Counted from the first letter of the stretch, positions 49,063 to 59,528 are shown. The stretch: DNA of 64,000 nucleotides from Candidatus Micrarchaeota archaeon (GCA_021799635.1 JAJZAB010000001.1:158505-222504), one strand, 5' to 3'. Notes: a model not told the origin generated them from the sequence alone. Numbers and translations are program-made.

Positions 49063-50160
49063 TTATTTCTTTTCTCTCAGGTGTGATAAATAAACTGAGA
49101 TGACTGATTCGATGTGTGGTCCGTAGAGTATGCCTGCGATGCTGCCACCTTTTGTAACTGCGACTATGTTTATGTTTTCAGATCTCATTATGTCTATAGC
49201 TTTGGACAGGTTTTCATTGTACCCTACCGTAGGCACCACCGTAGTAAAGTAGTCATATGCGAGGGAACTGCTTACTTTTGGGTTTTTGCTCACGTTGGAT
49301 ATGGGCTGGTTTGAAAGAGCTCGCAGCTCCTTCCCATTTTTCATAAGTACTATGTGCGTGCCTTTCTTTATCATCATCTGGTACATATTCTTTACTGTGG
49401 TGCCCTTCTTTATCATTATGTAGTTCTTAGTTATTAGTTTCTTTATGTCGATTGAAGAGGAATACTCTTTTATGTATGCTACCTGCATCTCGGCCTTCGC
49501 ACCATCATAAAGGAAGAGAGCTATTATTATATCCCACAACACTATGAATTCTCGGTATACAAACGTTGCGTTGGGAATAACGGCCGCGTAGGCGACCGTG
49601 CCTACTATTATTGCAACTACTACTACATTGCTAGCGCGCACCGCAAGCTTGGTTGAATCAAGGAAGCTGTGCTTTTTTTGGAGGTAGCTCCTAAGAACCC
49701 TGCCTCCGTCCAGCGGAAAGCCTGGCAGTAGGTTGAATACGCCAAGGAGTATGTTTATCTCAAAAAGGAACTGGATGCCCTCCTTGAGCAGGCCGGATGG
49801 CGCATATACCACAAGCGCCCCGAAACCAAGCCCCATGACTATGCTTGCTACCGGCCCTGCTATTGAAATCTTGAATTCAACGCTTGGTTTGACATTGTCG
49901 AGGTCTATTATTGATGCCCCGCCTATTGGAAGAAGCACTATCCGTTTTACTTTTATGCCGTTGCGTTTCGAAGTAATTGAATGTGCCAGCTCGTGCAAAA
50001 GGACGCATGCAAAAAGCAGGACGATGAGCACAAAAATGAAGATTCCGGATGTCGATGTAAATAGAAGGAAGAATGCCAATACCAGCAGAACTACGAAGGT
50101 CCAGTGCAACTGTATCGGTATTCCGGCAACTTTGCCTATTTCTGGGGATAGAGAAGCCAT
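49063..50160 (-). CDS. M50 (SpoIVFB-like) protease with CBS domains
   Basis: HELAH, IAGP, FNLLPGFPLDGGR, C-terminal CBS pair. Confidence 0.9.
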   Translation of the reverse strand: MASLSPEIGKVAGIPIQLHWTFVVLLVLAFFLLFTSTSGIFIFVLIVLLFACVLLHELAHSITSKRNGIKVKRIVLLPIGGASIIDLDNVKPSVEFKISIAGPVASIVMGLGFGALVVYAPSGLLKEGIQFLFEINILLGVFNLLPGFPLDGGRVLRSYLQKKHSFLDSTKLAVRASNVVVVAIIVGTVAYAAVIPNATFVYREFIVLWDIIIALFLYDGAKAEMQVAYIKEYSSSIDIKKLITKNYIMIKKGTTVKNMYQMMIKKGTHIVLMKNGKELRALSNQPISNVSKNPKVSSSLAYDYFTTVVPTVGYNENLSKAIDIMRSENINIVAVTKGGSIAGILYGPHIESVISVYLSHLREKK

Positions 50161-50259
50161 GCAACTTCACTTAGAATCAACTATTAGACAATATTAATTA
50201 TTATATTTGTGTCTTACGTATATCTGCCTGCAATCTATTTTATTAATAATGGTCTTAAA

Positions 50260-51027
50260 ATGGGAAGGTATAGCCTGCGATTTGTTTATGAAAAGGCCGC
50301 TTTGGTGCTCCACGGCCAGAGGAAGAATTACGTTTTGGTGGGTGACATACACATAGGATTTGAGCGCAAGCTCTACGAAAAGGGTTTGCACCTTCACGGA
50401 GTCACTGAGCACATGGCCAAGCAGCTGAAAGAAATTGCGCGCGCCAACTCGGCCGAAAGCATAATAATGCTTGGCGACATCAAGGATAGCCTGTTCTACC
50501 CTGATTCTACAGACTCTCTGCTTATAAGGGAGTTTTTTAAGGAACTTCAGGGCTTTGACATAGAAATAGCGGTAGGGAACCACGATGCACATCTGGAGGA
50601 AATTGTAAGTGTACCTATAAAAAATGAGATAATTATTGGGGATTTTGCAATGATGCATGGGCACATGATGCCATCAGAAGAAGCCATGCGCAAAAAGTAC
50701 CTAATAATGGCACATAATCACATCGCAATATCATTCGTTGATAAAAACGGTGCTTTCTATAACCAGAAAGCGTGGCTGGTGGCAAAGCTTACAAAAAATG
50801 CCGGACTAAGCCGCTATCCTGGTGCAAATGTAGGTATAAAGCTTGTAGTATCGCCGGCATTTAATGACCTTATAACTGGCTATCCTGTAAATGATTTAAA
50901 CGACAGGCACATCAACCCCGTTTTCAGAAACCATGTGTTTGACTATGCAAACGCAGATGTATACACGATTTACGGCGAGCTTATAGGAAGCCCAAGGTCC
51001 CTTAGAAAGAAAGCACCTAAGAGGTAA
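50260..51027 (+). CDS. ICC-like metallophosphoesterase
   Basis: GDIHIG, LGDIKD, GNHD, HGH, AHNH, PAFN. Confidence 0.88.
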   Translation: MGRYSLRFVYEKAALVLHGQRKNYVLVGDIHIGFERKLYEKGLHLHGVTEHMAKQLKEIARANSAESIIMLGDIKDSLFYPDSTDSLLIREFFKELQGFDIEIAVGNHDAHLEEIVSVPIKNEIIIGDFAMMHGHMMPSEEAMRKKYLIMAHNHIAISFVDKNGAFYNQKAWLVAKLTKNAGLSRYPGANVGIKLVVSPAFNDLITGYPVNDLNDRHINPVFRNHVFDYANADVYTIYGELIGSPRSLRKKAPKR

Positions 51028-51035
51028 TTTACTTC

Positions 51036-51218
51036 CTAATCAACCTTTAGTATAGTTATTGGTATAACGCCTTTTTCAAATTCAAGTTCCGCAAGGTCTA
51101 TCGGATTTATGGTTCCGGGCGGGACTTTTATAAGCGGCGGGGCTCCGTAGGCCAGCTGCAGCGCCCTGGCGCCTATTATCCTTGCTTTTTCGTACTTGTT
51201 AAATTCATCTTTTGGCAT
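51036..51218 (-). CDS. rpoK: RNA polymerase subunit Rpo6 (K)
   Basis: KYEKARIIGARALQLAYGAP. Confidence 0.96.
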   Translation of the reverse strand: MPKDEFNKYEKARIIGARALQLAYGAPPLIKVPPGTINPIDLAELEFEKGVIPITILKVD

Positions 51219-51241
51219 AAAAAGCACACTCATATTCGAAA

Positions 51242-52681
51242 TCATATCGGATTTGGTTTAAATCTGGTTTTTGCTTCTTCCATATCTTTATTCACCAGCT
51301 CTCTCCATTTCTGAAACTCTTCTGGCGACCTTGGATAATTTTCATATATCCTGTTAAGTTTTTCCATCTTTTTAACTACGTATAGCAGGTTGTTGAACGC
51401 CCTGATGTTGGCAGCACCCTGAAGGGCGATCTTTGCCTTTTTGGCAAGGCTTAGTTCTGGTATCCTACCATAGCTCAGGTCTTCTGCTTCCTTCGCGGTG
51501 ATGAACATTCTCATCCCATAGTTTATTATGTCGTTGTTGAGCGACTGTAGGTACGTCCTAAATACTTCAAGACCTGCGGTTTTTTTGCCATACGCCTCAT
51601 TGAAATCTACGTTGTACTGCCACATGCTGCTTATGCTCATGTCACCATTCTGTATGGCTCTTACTGCGCTTTCCCCTGCAAGTATGCCTGAAACAAGAGC
51701 CGGTCCTATTCCTCCGGCGCTTATCGGATTTGGCATTGCCATGCTGTCACCAGCGCCTAGATACCCGTTGAAAACAAGGGAATCCAGCTGCCTCCTTACT
51801 GCAACCGACCAGTAGCCTTTGCCGTTGTTATTGGCATTGTGTATTGTAGGGTTTTTTATTACAGGATTTATCTTTACATATTCATCTATCAGCGAATGCA
51901 AGGTATCCTTCCTGCCAAGCTTCTTGTTCCTTATTTCAAGGCTTTCTTTCTGGATCCCAAGCCCTATGTTTACCCTGTTTCCCTTCTTCGGGAAAACCCA
52001 CCCGTATCCTCCTGGCGCCCATATCTGGTTCAGATGTATGAGTGCATTCTTTGGATCGTAATAGTTAAGGTCCTCATGATCCACCTCAAAATCGTAAATG
52101 AACCTTCCGGTGGATTCCATGTCAGCGATGTCTATTACCCTGTCAACAAACAGGTTTTCTGGTAATTTTCTCCTTAGGTTTGTGGCAACGCCCAGGGCAT
52201 CAATCACAACCTTGGCCCTCAGCTCTTTGTGGTGCATCTCTTTGTCCTTGCCGAATACCCCAGAAATATAGTTGTTTTCTATTATTGGTCCCTCTACCTC
52301 AAATTCCGATATATATTCAACTCCGTGCCTTCTTGCCTCGTGATTAAGTTTTTGCTCGAATGCTGGTCTGTTGAGTACGTATCCTTCACCCTCAAATGGT
52401 ATCCTGTACTGCATGTCTGGTGATATGACCAGCACTCCGTCAACTTTTACATCCAATTCCGGATAGTCGAATGTAAGCCCAATCTTTTCCTTTATGAATT
52501 TTAGGTGCGAATCTGCAACTGCGTCTCCGCATACCCAACCCCAATTGGTTTTTTTGCCCACCTCATGCTCCTTATTCCTGTCAAGCAGGGCAACTTTTAA
52601 TCCGCTCTTTGCTGCTACAGCAGCAGCTAGGGAGCCAGCCATTCCTGCACCTGCTACTATAACATCATATTTATCCTCCAT
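51242..52681 (-). CDS. Geranylgeranyl reductase (DGGGPL reductase family)
   Basis: GAGMAG FAD-binding motif, CGDAV, PGGYGWVFPK, VNIGLG, GDS...NPISAGGI. Start at ATG 52681 after AGGTG. Confidence 0.88.
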   Translation of the reverse strand: MEDKYDVIVAGAGMAGSLAAAVAAKSGLKVALLDRNKEHEVGKKTNWGWVCGDAVADSHLKFIKEKIGLTFDYPELDVKVDGVLVISPDMQYRIPFEGEGYVLNRPAFEQKLNHEARRHGVEYISEFEVEGPIIENNYISGVFGKDKEMHHKELRAKVVIDALGVATNLRRKLPENLFVDRVIDIADMESTGRFIYDFEVDHEDLNYYDPKNALIHLNQIWAPGGYGWVFPKKGNRVNIGLGIQKESLEIRNKKLGRKDTLHSLIDEYVKINPVIKNPTIHNANNNGKGYWSVAVRRQLDSLVFNGYLGAGDSMAMPNPISAGGIGPALVSGILAGESAVRAIQNGDMSISSMWQYNVDFNEAYGKKTAGLEVFRTYLQSLNNDIINYGMRMFITAKEAEDLSYGRIPELSLAKKAKIALQGAANIRAFNNLLYVVKKMEKLNRIYENYPRSPEEFQKWRELVNKDMEEAKTRFKPNPI

Positions 52682-52815
52682 GAATGCACCTCGATTGATT
52701 GCCTTGTCTTGACATTTCAGGGTCTTAGAATCAAGCCTTTGTGATACTTTTAGTGTAACATATCTATTTAACTTTTTGCCTGACACCCATGACAACAGTA
52801 TTGACGCGGATATAA

Positions 52816-52925
52816 TGCAGGGGGAGAGATTTGAACTCTCGAAGGCGCTAAGGCCACAGGATCTTAAGTCCTGCGCAGTTTTCCGTGGCTTAGGCTTAAG
52901 CCAGACCAGGCTTTGCTACCCCTGC
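52816..52925 (-). tRNA. tRNA-Leu(UAA) with a ~25-nt D-loop intron (~52880-52904)
   Basis: Acceptor GCAGGGG/CCCCTGC, CAGGA-CTTAAGA-TCCTG, long variable arm, GAGAG-TTCAAAT-CTCTC. Extra hairpin TGGCTTA-AGCC-TAAGCCA in the D loop. Confidence 0.9.
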
Positions 52926-52964
52926 ATCATATATACTTTAAAAATAAGGTTTATAATTAGGAGC

Positions 52965-53702
52965 CTATGCATACATCGAAGGCTCGCCGCTGTTGACGGC
53001 TTTCTTGTACGTCTCGTGCGTCTCCCTGCTCTTCTTCATAAGATCCCTCACTTTTGCCTCAACCTCCTTTGCCTCTTTCTCGAGTTCGTTCACATCTATG
53101 TTAAGTTTTAGCAGCTTGTTTATACTTTTTATTGCAAGCTCTGCATATTTTGGATCTATTATGTTAGTATCAACCGGCACCAGTATATTTATGTTTGATA
53201 TTTTTGACAGGGAGGATTTTTGGAGCAGGATTGCGCTGACTCCGGTTGACACACCTTCAACAACTGGGTTTAACCCAACCTTTTCAGCTTCGTTTAGGGA
53301 ATCCTCTGTAGAGGCTATAACGTAAACATTGCCCTCGCCCTGCACGCTGTTTGGTATACCTCCTATGGATATTATTCTGCTGATGTTGTTTGATTTAACA
53401 AAATCGTATAACTTACCACTGAGTTCATGCACCATGTTTATAGGTATGGTAAACTCTGCAAATATGGCAACTACCTTGCTCTTATCGCTGAAGTACACCC
53501 TTACTGGCGGCATTGGCTTGGAATTGTGAATAGATATTATTGGGGGAAAATCATCGCTTTCTATATATCCTATATAAGTCATTCCAAGCTTATCTATTAT
53601 GTAGCTTACAGCCATGGGTCCCACCAGCCCGACGCCTGGAAAGCCTTCTATTAATGTTGAATCTTTAAGGTTGGTCTCCTGCATCAGATTTATGCTTATC
53701 AT
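52965..53702 (-). CDS. PAC2-family proteasome assembly chaperone
   Basis: IEGFPGVGLVG, PPVRVY, ISIGG, DPKYA, C-terminal MYA. Confidence 0.9.
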   Translation of the reverse strand: MISINLMQETNLKDSTLIEGFPGVGLVGPMAVSYIIDKLGMTYIGYIESDDFPPIISIHNSKPMPPVRVYFSDKSKVVAIFAEFTIPINMVHELSGKLYDFVKSNNISRIISIGGIPNSVQGEGNVYVIASTEDSLNEAEKVGLNPVVEGVSTGVSAILLQKSSLSKISNINILVPVDTNIIDPKYAELAIKSINKLLKLNIDVNELEKEAKEVEAKVRDLMKKSRETHETYKKAVNSGEPSMYA

Positions 53703-53845
53703 ATTTTTCACTATATTTATTTACACTATTTGAAGTAAAGTATATAAACCAGTAACCGCTGCTCATGTATAGAATGTAAAATTTACGATACAAATTCCGA
53801 CGATAGTTATTTAAGCTTATCTTATTATATTATATCGGTGAAATT

Positions 53846-54070
53846 ATGGCAGAAAGAGTAGGAAGTGAGCGGGTAGAAAGGGATGATGGTTATCTTTACT
53901 ACCTAGGCAAGGATGGATATGTGTGGAAGACCCCTATGAAGACAAACTCTAGAGGGAGAAAAGGGAAAGTGAGCAGTGAAAAAATAGAAAGAAAGGAAGG
54001 CTACCTATATTTCATTGACAAATCAGGCTACGTTGCCAGAGCAAAAATGAATAGGAAGGGAAGGAGATAA
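53846..54070 (+). CDS. Small basic protein made of two ~35-aa repeats, putative nucleic-acid binder
   Basis: ERVERDDGYLYYLGKDGYVWKTPM and EKIERKEGYLYFIDKSGYVARAKM. Own TATA, GGTGA SD and T-rich terminator. Confidence 0.8.
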   Translation: MAERVGSERVERDDGYLYYLGKDGYVWKTPMKTNSRGRKGKVSSEKIERKEGYLYFIDKSGYVARAKMNRKGRR

Positions 54071-54080
54071 TAAGTCAGCC

Positions 54081-54105
54081 TTTTATTTTTCTTGTTTTGT
54101 TTTTT
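54081..54105 (+). terminator. Oligo-T archaeal terminator
   Basis: TTTTATTTTTCTTGTTTTGTTTTTT, 10 nt after the stop codon. Confidence 0.6.
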
Positions 54106-54121
54106 GATTACCCATGCATTG

Positions 54122-54532
54122 TTAGCTTTGGGCGTTGAAGCTTGCCATGCTGCCAACTTTTAGCCCATTGCTCTTCACATATCCGGAGTTGAGCTCTATT
54201 ATATACCTGGCTCGCTTTTTCGGATAGCTAACTTCACAGTTCAGGATGCCTTTGCATGGCTTGAGGTTTTCCTTTAAGCATATAATCCTTTTTTTGCTAT
54301 CGAGCCAAAGTACATCTATGGAGAATTTCATATTGAGCATCCAGATTCCGTGTCTACCATCTCTGTTAAAGACAAAAAGCATACACATATTCTTGCTGAG
54401 TCTTTCCGTGTACATCAGCCCTATCGTTCTCTTTGTAGAGGTTTCTGCAACTATTGCTTTTATTTTTTTCCCGTTTATCTTGATCTCTTTTACCTTGTAT
54501 TTTTGAAACCTTTTAATAAATTTTAATAGCAC
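54122..54532 (-). CDS. DUF192 family protein
   Basis: AET..KRTIGLMY, MLFVF, WMLNMKFSIDVLWLD, YIIELNSG. Confidence 0.9.
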   Translation of the reverse strand: MLLKFIKRFQKYKVKEIKINGKKIKAIVAETSTKRTIGLMYTERLSKNMCMLFVFNRDGRHGIWMLNMKFSIDVLWLDSKKRIICLKENLKPCKGILNCEVSYPKKRARYIIELNSGYVKSNGLKVGSMASFNAQS

Positions 54533-54551
54533 CGACGCACCATTTACAGAT

Positions 54552-56177
54552 TCATTTAGTTATAGAAATGCTCTGCTCGCGCATAAACTGTTGGAGGTAA
54601 AATTTGCTTCCAGTACCTTTCCCCGTAAGGCCGCTGTATTTCCATCCTACAAAGGTGTGTTTTCCAACAATTGCACCAGTGGTGGCGCTGGTAGGTCTGT
54701 TTATGTAGACTACACCGGCCTGTATCTTTCTCGAAAACTCATTTATTTCTTTCCTGTTTTTGCTGTACAGACCAGCGGTTAGCCCGTACTCAACATCGTT
54801 CGCCATATCTATAGCTTTGCTGAAATCCTTAAAATATTCTATTGTAACTAACGGGAGGAATAGTTCCTTGTGAACCAGCTCATGATCGTGCCTTAGCTCG
54901 ACTATGGTAGGCTCAACATAATACCCCCGCTGTGCGTCGCCTATCACATTTCCTCCGTATAGTATCCTTCCGGACGACTTTGCTTTGTCGACGGACTCAA
55001 TGTACCTTTTGTAAGCACTACCGCTTATGAGCGGCCCGATGTAGTTCTCTTTACTAAGCGGATCTCCTATCTTAAAGCCCCTAATTTTTTCTATCATATT
55101 ACTTATAAAAATCTCTTTTATTGATTCGTGCACGTATATCCTGGAGCAGGCGCTGCATTTTTGACCGGCAAATCCGAAAGCCGCGCTTGTGATGCCTGTC
55201 ACCGCGTTGCCTATGTCCGCACTGGCGGCTACGATAACTGGGTTTTTGCCGCCCATCTCCACAACAAATACTTTTTGAGTGCCTGCTGCGTAGTTCTTTG
55301 AGATCATTTCAATCCCGGTGCTTCTTGATCCGGTAAAAACAACTCCTGAAACTCCACTATTCGTAGCAAGCTCGTCGCCAATCTCACTTCCAGGCCCGGT
55401 AACAAAATTAAACGCACCGGGGGGGACTCCTGCTTCTGTAAGCATCTGATATATTTTCATGCCAGTCAACATAGTCATATTATCCGATGAAGACGGTTTG
55501 AAAACTACAGTGTTTCCACATATTAACGCCCCTACGCACATGCCTGTGGATATGGAAACAGGGAAATTAAATGGGGATATAACTGCAAAAACGCCGTATG
55601 GTTTCATTGATATTGTGACCTTCTCGTTGGAACCTGGAGCACCCTGAAATCCCAGTTTTACTTTGATATCTGACTTTTCTATGCTTGCTTTCCTTATAAA
55701 ACCGCGATTGGATTCCATCTCATCCGAATAGTATCTAAGGAAATCTATTGCTTCGTCAACCTCGCCTATTGATTCGTATCTAGACTTGCCGTTCTCAAAA
55801 CTCAGTATGGCTGCAAGTATGAACTTATCTCTAACAAATATTTCGGCTGCCTTTCTGAATATTTCTACCCTTCTCTTATAATCTGTATTGCTCCACAATG
55901 GAAAGGTGTCTTGGGCTGCCTTGATTGACTGCTTTGCATGATCCCTGGTGCCTTTTTGAAAATACCCAATTATTGTGCTATTGTCTATGGGTGATTTTTC
56001 AACCAAAACATCCTCAGCATAAACCGCTTTCCCATTTATATACATTGGATGCTTTGCTCCAAAAATTCTCTTCGCAGTTTCTACAGCGAAGTCAAATGAC
56101 ATATCAAATTCCTTTTCCTTCCCATTTTTCATAAATTTTTCATATGTTGACTCGTTATAAAATCTGGGCTTTGCCAT
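54552..56177 (-). CDS. Aldehyde dehydrogenase, 1-pyrroline-5-carboxylate dehydrogenase (RocA)-like
   Basis: ISPFNFP, FTGS, EMGGKNP, AGQKCSACSR, YGLTAG. Confidence 0.88.
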   Translation of the reverse strand: MAKPRFYNESTYEKFMKNGKEKEFDMSFDFAVETAKRIFGAKHPMYINGKAVYAEDVLVEKSPIDNSTIIGYFQKGTRDHAKQSIKAAQDTFPLWSNTDYKRRVEIFRKAAEIFVRDKFILAAILSFENGKSRYESIGEVDEAIDFLRYYSDEMESNRGFIRKASIEKSDIKVKLGFQGAPGSNEKVTISMKPYGVFAVISPFNFPVSISTGMCVGALICGNTVVFKPSSSDNMTMLTGMKIYQMLTEAGVPPGAFNFVTGPGSEIGDELATNSGVSGVVFTGSRSTGIEMISKNYAAGTQKVFVVEMGGKNPVIVAASADIGNAVTGITSAAFGFAGQKCSACSRIYVHESIKEIFISNMIEKIRGFKIGDPLSKENYIGPLISGSAYKRYIESVDKAKSSGRILYGGNVIGDAQRGYYVEPTIVELRHDHELVHKELFLPLVTIEYFKDFSKAIDMANDVEYGLTAGLYSKNRKEINEFSRKIQAGVVYINRPTSATTGAIVGKHTFVGWKYSGLTGKGTGSKFYLQQFMREQSISITK

Positions 56178-56436
56178 ATTGTCCACCTCAAAAATGCAAA
56201 TTAAATAAAGGAGCTTCTGGTGTGCCGGTTGCTGAAGGCGTGTCATTCTTATTTTGTTATATGTACAACTTAAATTTATTAAAGGTATATAAATAAGCGT
56301 TGCGCCTTACGGGTGGGACTTTAGTCAAAGTGCCAAAACAACGCAAACGCCGAATTTTAAAAATCAAAAATTGTAGATTCTTGTCGTTTTTTAATAGTAA
56401 TGTTTAAATAATAGGCGCAGCACCATATATCTATAA

Positions 56437-56453
56437 TTATAACTCTGTTATAA
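56437..56453. promoter_or_regulatory. Perfect palindrome (putative operator) at the suf promoter
   Basis: TTATAAC-TCT-GTTATAA, ~27 nt downstream of TATA TTTAAATA (56403-56410). Confidence 0.6.
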
Positions 56454-56467
56454 ATTTGATGGTAAAA

Positions 56468-57886
56468 ATGGTTGTAAATGAGAATGAACTGCTAGGATAC
56501 GCTGACGAGGATTACAAGGAGCGCTATGGCTTCAGAGATAATATAGAGTATACGTACAAAACTAAGAAGGGCTTATCAGAAGATATAGTTAAGGAGATAT
56601 CAGGCATTAAGAATGAACCGGATTGGATGCTTGAAAAAAGGCTTACAGGTTATAAGGTATTTAAGAACAAGCCTATGCCAACGTGGGGTGCAGACCTGAG
56701 CAAGATAGATTTTGATGATGTTTATTACTATTTGAAGCCAACTGGAAACAAGGAAAACGCGTGGGAGAAAGTTCCAGAGGAGATAAAAAGGACTTTTGAC
56801 AAACTTGGCATACCTGAAGCTGAGAGGAAGTTTTTCTCTGGGGCTGAGATACAATACGATTCTGAGGTCGTTTATGGAAATGTAAGAAAGGAGCTGGAGA
56901 AGCAAGGGGTTATATTCACCGATACCGATACTGCAATCAAAAAATACCCAGAGCTCGTAAAGAAATATTTCGGAACCGTTATCCCTCCTACTGACAACAA
57001 ATTTGCTGCGCTGAATACAGCGGTTTTCAGCGGTGGCTCATTCATATACGTTCCAAAAGGAGTCAAAGTTGCGATGCCGTTGCAGGCATATTTCAGGATA
57101 AATGCTGAGAAGGCTGGACAGTTCGAAAGGACGTTGATAATAGCTGATGAGGGAGCAGACGTTACATATATAGAAGGCTGCACTGCACCCATATATATTA
57201 GCTCTTCACTGCATTCCGCCGTTGTGGAGATAGTTGTCCATAAAAATGCACATGTGCGGTACGTAACCATACAAAACTGGTCAAGAAACGTGTACAATCT
57301 TGTAACGCAAAGGGCATACGCATATGAGAATGCACATATGGAATGGATTGATGCAAATATTGGTAGTAAGGTAAATATGAAGTATCCATCAGTATACTTA
57401 AAAGGGAGGGGCTCTAAGGGGGAGATACTTTCTGTAGCTGTTGCGGGCGAAAACCAAGTGCAAGATTCCGGGGGCAAGATGCTGCACCTTGCACCTGATA
57501 CTACATCAAAAATAATATCTAAGAGTGTATCAAAAAAGAATGGAGTTGCATCATACAGAGGGCAGCTATACGTTTCCAAAGAGGCCGCAAACGTAAAATC
57601 AACAGTGAGATGCGATGCGCTGCTGCTAAATAAAGAATCAAAAACAAACACATACCCGTATATGGAAATAAAAAGAGACGATGCAACGATAACTCATGAG
57701 GCTGCAGTAGGTAAGATTGGTGAGGAACAGCTCTTCTACCTGATGTCAAGAGGGCTTACAGAGGAGGATGCCCTTACAACAGTTGTGCTTGGCTTTTTGG
57801 ATCCATTGACAAAAGCACTGCCGATGGAATATTCTATAGAACTGAAGAGACTGATAAAGCTGGACACGTCTAATTCAGTCGCTTGA
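56468..57886 (+). CDS. sufB: Fe-S cluster assembly scaffold SufB
   Basis: FAALNTAVFSGGSFIYVPKGV, GQFERTLI, EGCTAP, CDALL, HEAAVGKI, LFYLMSRG. Confidence 0.96.
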   Translation: MVVNENELLGYADEDYKERYGFRDNIEYTYKTKKGLSEDIVKEISGIKNEPDWMLEKRLTGYKVFKNKPMPTWGADLSKIDFDDVYYYLKPTGNKENAWEKVPEEIKRTFDKLGIPEAERKFFSGAEIQYDSEVVYGNVRKELEKQGVIFTDTDTAIKKYPELVKKYFGTVIPPTDNKFAALNTAVFSGGSFIYVPKGVKVAMPLQAYFRINAEKAGQFERTLIIADEGADVTYIEGCTAPIYISSSLHSAVVEIVVHKNAHVRYVTIQNWSRNVYNLVTQRAYAYENAHMEWIDANIGSKVNMKYPSVYLKGRGSKGEILSVAVAGENQVQDSGGKMLHLAPDTTSKIISKSVSKKNGVASYRGQLYVSKEAANVKSTVRCDALLLNKESKTNTYPYMEIKRDDATITHEAAVGKIGEEQLFYLMSRGLTEEDALTTVVLGFLDPLTKALPMEYSIELKRLIKLDTSNSVA

Positions 57887-57895
57887 CGTGATTAG

Positions 57896-59194
57896 TTGAA
57901 TGCTTACAAGCTTTTTGCAGATGAAGCGCTGCGCACATATAGTGAGTTGCCAGAGGAACAGAATGAATTGTATAAAAGGCGGTACGTAAGCTTAGACGCC
58001 CAAAATATGCTTGATATTTTTGAAAAAAATGCAAAACCTGACAAAAATGAAGACGCTGAGCTGAGCGAATCTTTAAAATCCCTGTTTATCGATAGCCGAA
58101 TGAATTTTGATGCCGTTATAGGAAGCGGTGGCTTTTCTATAAATAAATCTTCAAAATACATAACAATAGTCCCTGCATCAAATCTAGACAAAGAGTGCCT
58201 TGAAGCAAAGCTTCACAAAAGCACCGAAGACAAGCTTGCTGCCCTCATACATGCGTTTACTGATAAGGTAATGTTTATAAATATTGGAAATGGGGAAAAA
58301 GCGCGCCTAAACCTACTTTTTAGCAACAACAAAGCGCCTATTTCTACCCAGATAATAATAAACGTTGGGGATGAAGCTGACCTTGAAATCTTGGAGTGGT
58401 ATGCTTCCACAGCAGATGCTGAGTCTGCCAGCGCGTTTATGCATGAGGGGGTTGTTGGAAAGTATTCAAATGTATCAATAGATGCAGTACACAATGAGGG
58501 TGAGCACACGGTCGTTGTGGGCCTGTCCAAGTACGCGGTGGGGGAGCGTTCCAACGCGAAGTTGAATTATTTTTATGGGGGAGGGTCGCACTGCAAGGTT
58601 AAAAATTATTTCTACGCAAATGAGCATGAAAGTTCTGTACACGTTAACGAGCTTACGTTTGGCTCTGGAAAGCAGAAATTCGATATAAGCAGCCAGCTGG
58701 AGAATAGATCAACTTCAACTATTGCAGAATTACACTCTAGAGCCGTAGTAATGAATGACTCGTTTTGTATAATGAAGGGGTTTGCAAAGATACCTTTTGG
58801 ATCAAAAAATTCTAGATCTTTTGTGCACGAGTCTGGGATGCTTCTTGACGAGGGTGCTGCCATCGAGTCCATACCAGCCATGTCGATAGATGAAAGTGAG
58901 GTCAAGGCAACTCACTCATCAGCTACTGGGCCGATCGATGATGAATTGATTTTTTACCTGAATTCGAAAGGTCTTAGTGAAAAGAAGGCGAAAATGCTTG
59001 TTGTAGAAGGATTCTTTTCGGGCAGCGTTGGCCGCTTTAGAAATGATAATGCAAAGCTATACATTGCATCTCTGATTTTGGATAAGATAGAAAGGGGAGT
59101 TTTTGGAAAACCAGTTAAAGTTTCCGCAGGGAATATTTGGGTAGGCAGAGAAAATGAGGAAGATATATTTAAGGGACACTATAAATACAGGTGA
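57896..59194 (+). CDS. sufD: SufD
   Basis: SIPAMSIDESEVKATHSSATG...FYLNSKG. Confidence 0.9.
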   Translation: MNAYKLFADEALRTYSELPEEQNELYKRRYVSLDAQNMLDIFEKNAKPDKNEDAELSESLKSLFIDSRMNFDAVIGSGGFSINKSSKYITIVPASNLDKECLEAKLHKSTEDKLAALIHAFTDKVMFINIGNGEKARLNLLFSNNKAPISTQIIINVGDEADLEILEWYASTADAESASAFMHEGVVGKYSNVSIDAVHNEGEHTVVVGLSKYAVGERSNAKLNYFYGGGSHCKVKNYFYANEHESSVHVNELTFGSGKQKFDISSQLENRSTSTIAELHSRAVVMNDSFCIMKGFAKIPFGSKNSRSFVHESGMLLDEGAAIESIPAMSIDESEVKATHSSATGPIDDELIFYLNSKGLSEKKAKMLVVEGFFSGSVGRFRNDNAKLYIASLILDKIERGVFGKPVKVSAGNIWVGRENEEDIFKGHYKYR

Positions 59195-59199
59195 TTTGT

Positions 59200-59520
59200 A
59201 TGCCGACGGATTATGAGAGAGCAATAGATGAATTCATGCCGGCCTTTAGAGCTGCTGCATCCAGAATCATGATTAACAAATATAAAATAAGTCAGCAGAA
59301 AGCAGCTGAGCTGCTTAATATGACACAGGCTTCTATCAGCAAATACATAAACGGCCGCTATTCCAATAGCGTAAAGGATATTGAACTTGGAATAAAAGAT
59401 AATGATGTTGAAGTTTTTGTAAAATATATGATTAATAAATATGACAGAGACGCTCAGAGGCAGATGTGCAGCGCGTGCCAGAGGTATCATGGCTTTGACT
59501 GTGCGATAATGGTAAAATAG
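59200..59520 (+). CDS. XRE-type HTH transcriptional regulator (COG2522-like) with a C-terminal CxxC-x3-H-x3-C motif
   Basis: MPAFRAAASRIM...SQQKAAELLNMTQASISKYINGR, then CSACQRYHGFDC. Confidence 0.8.
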   Translation: MPTDYERAIDEFMPAFRAAASRIMINKYKISQQKAAELLNMTQASISKYINGRYSNSVKDIELGIKDNDVEVFVKYMINKYDRDAQRQMCSACQRYHGFDCAIMVK

Positions 59521-59528
59521 GTGAAAAA

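Noticed and set aside
52776..53111. 111-aa plus-strand ORF
   Set aside because: It is antisense to tRNA-Leu and the PAC2 gene, so it is spurious.
56872..57651. Long antisense ORFs (259 aa opposite sufB; similar ones opposite polB, nrdJ, polX, ftsZ, fusA and smc)
   Set aside because: They are shadow frames of well-conserved genes, with Ser/Phe/Ile-rich composition and no motifs or SD sites.
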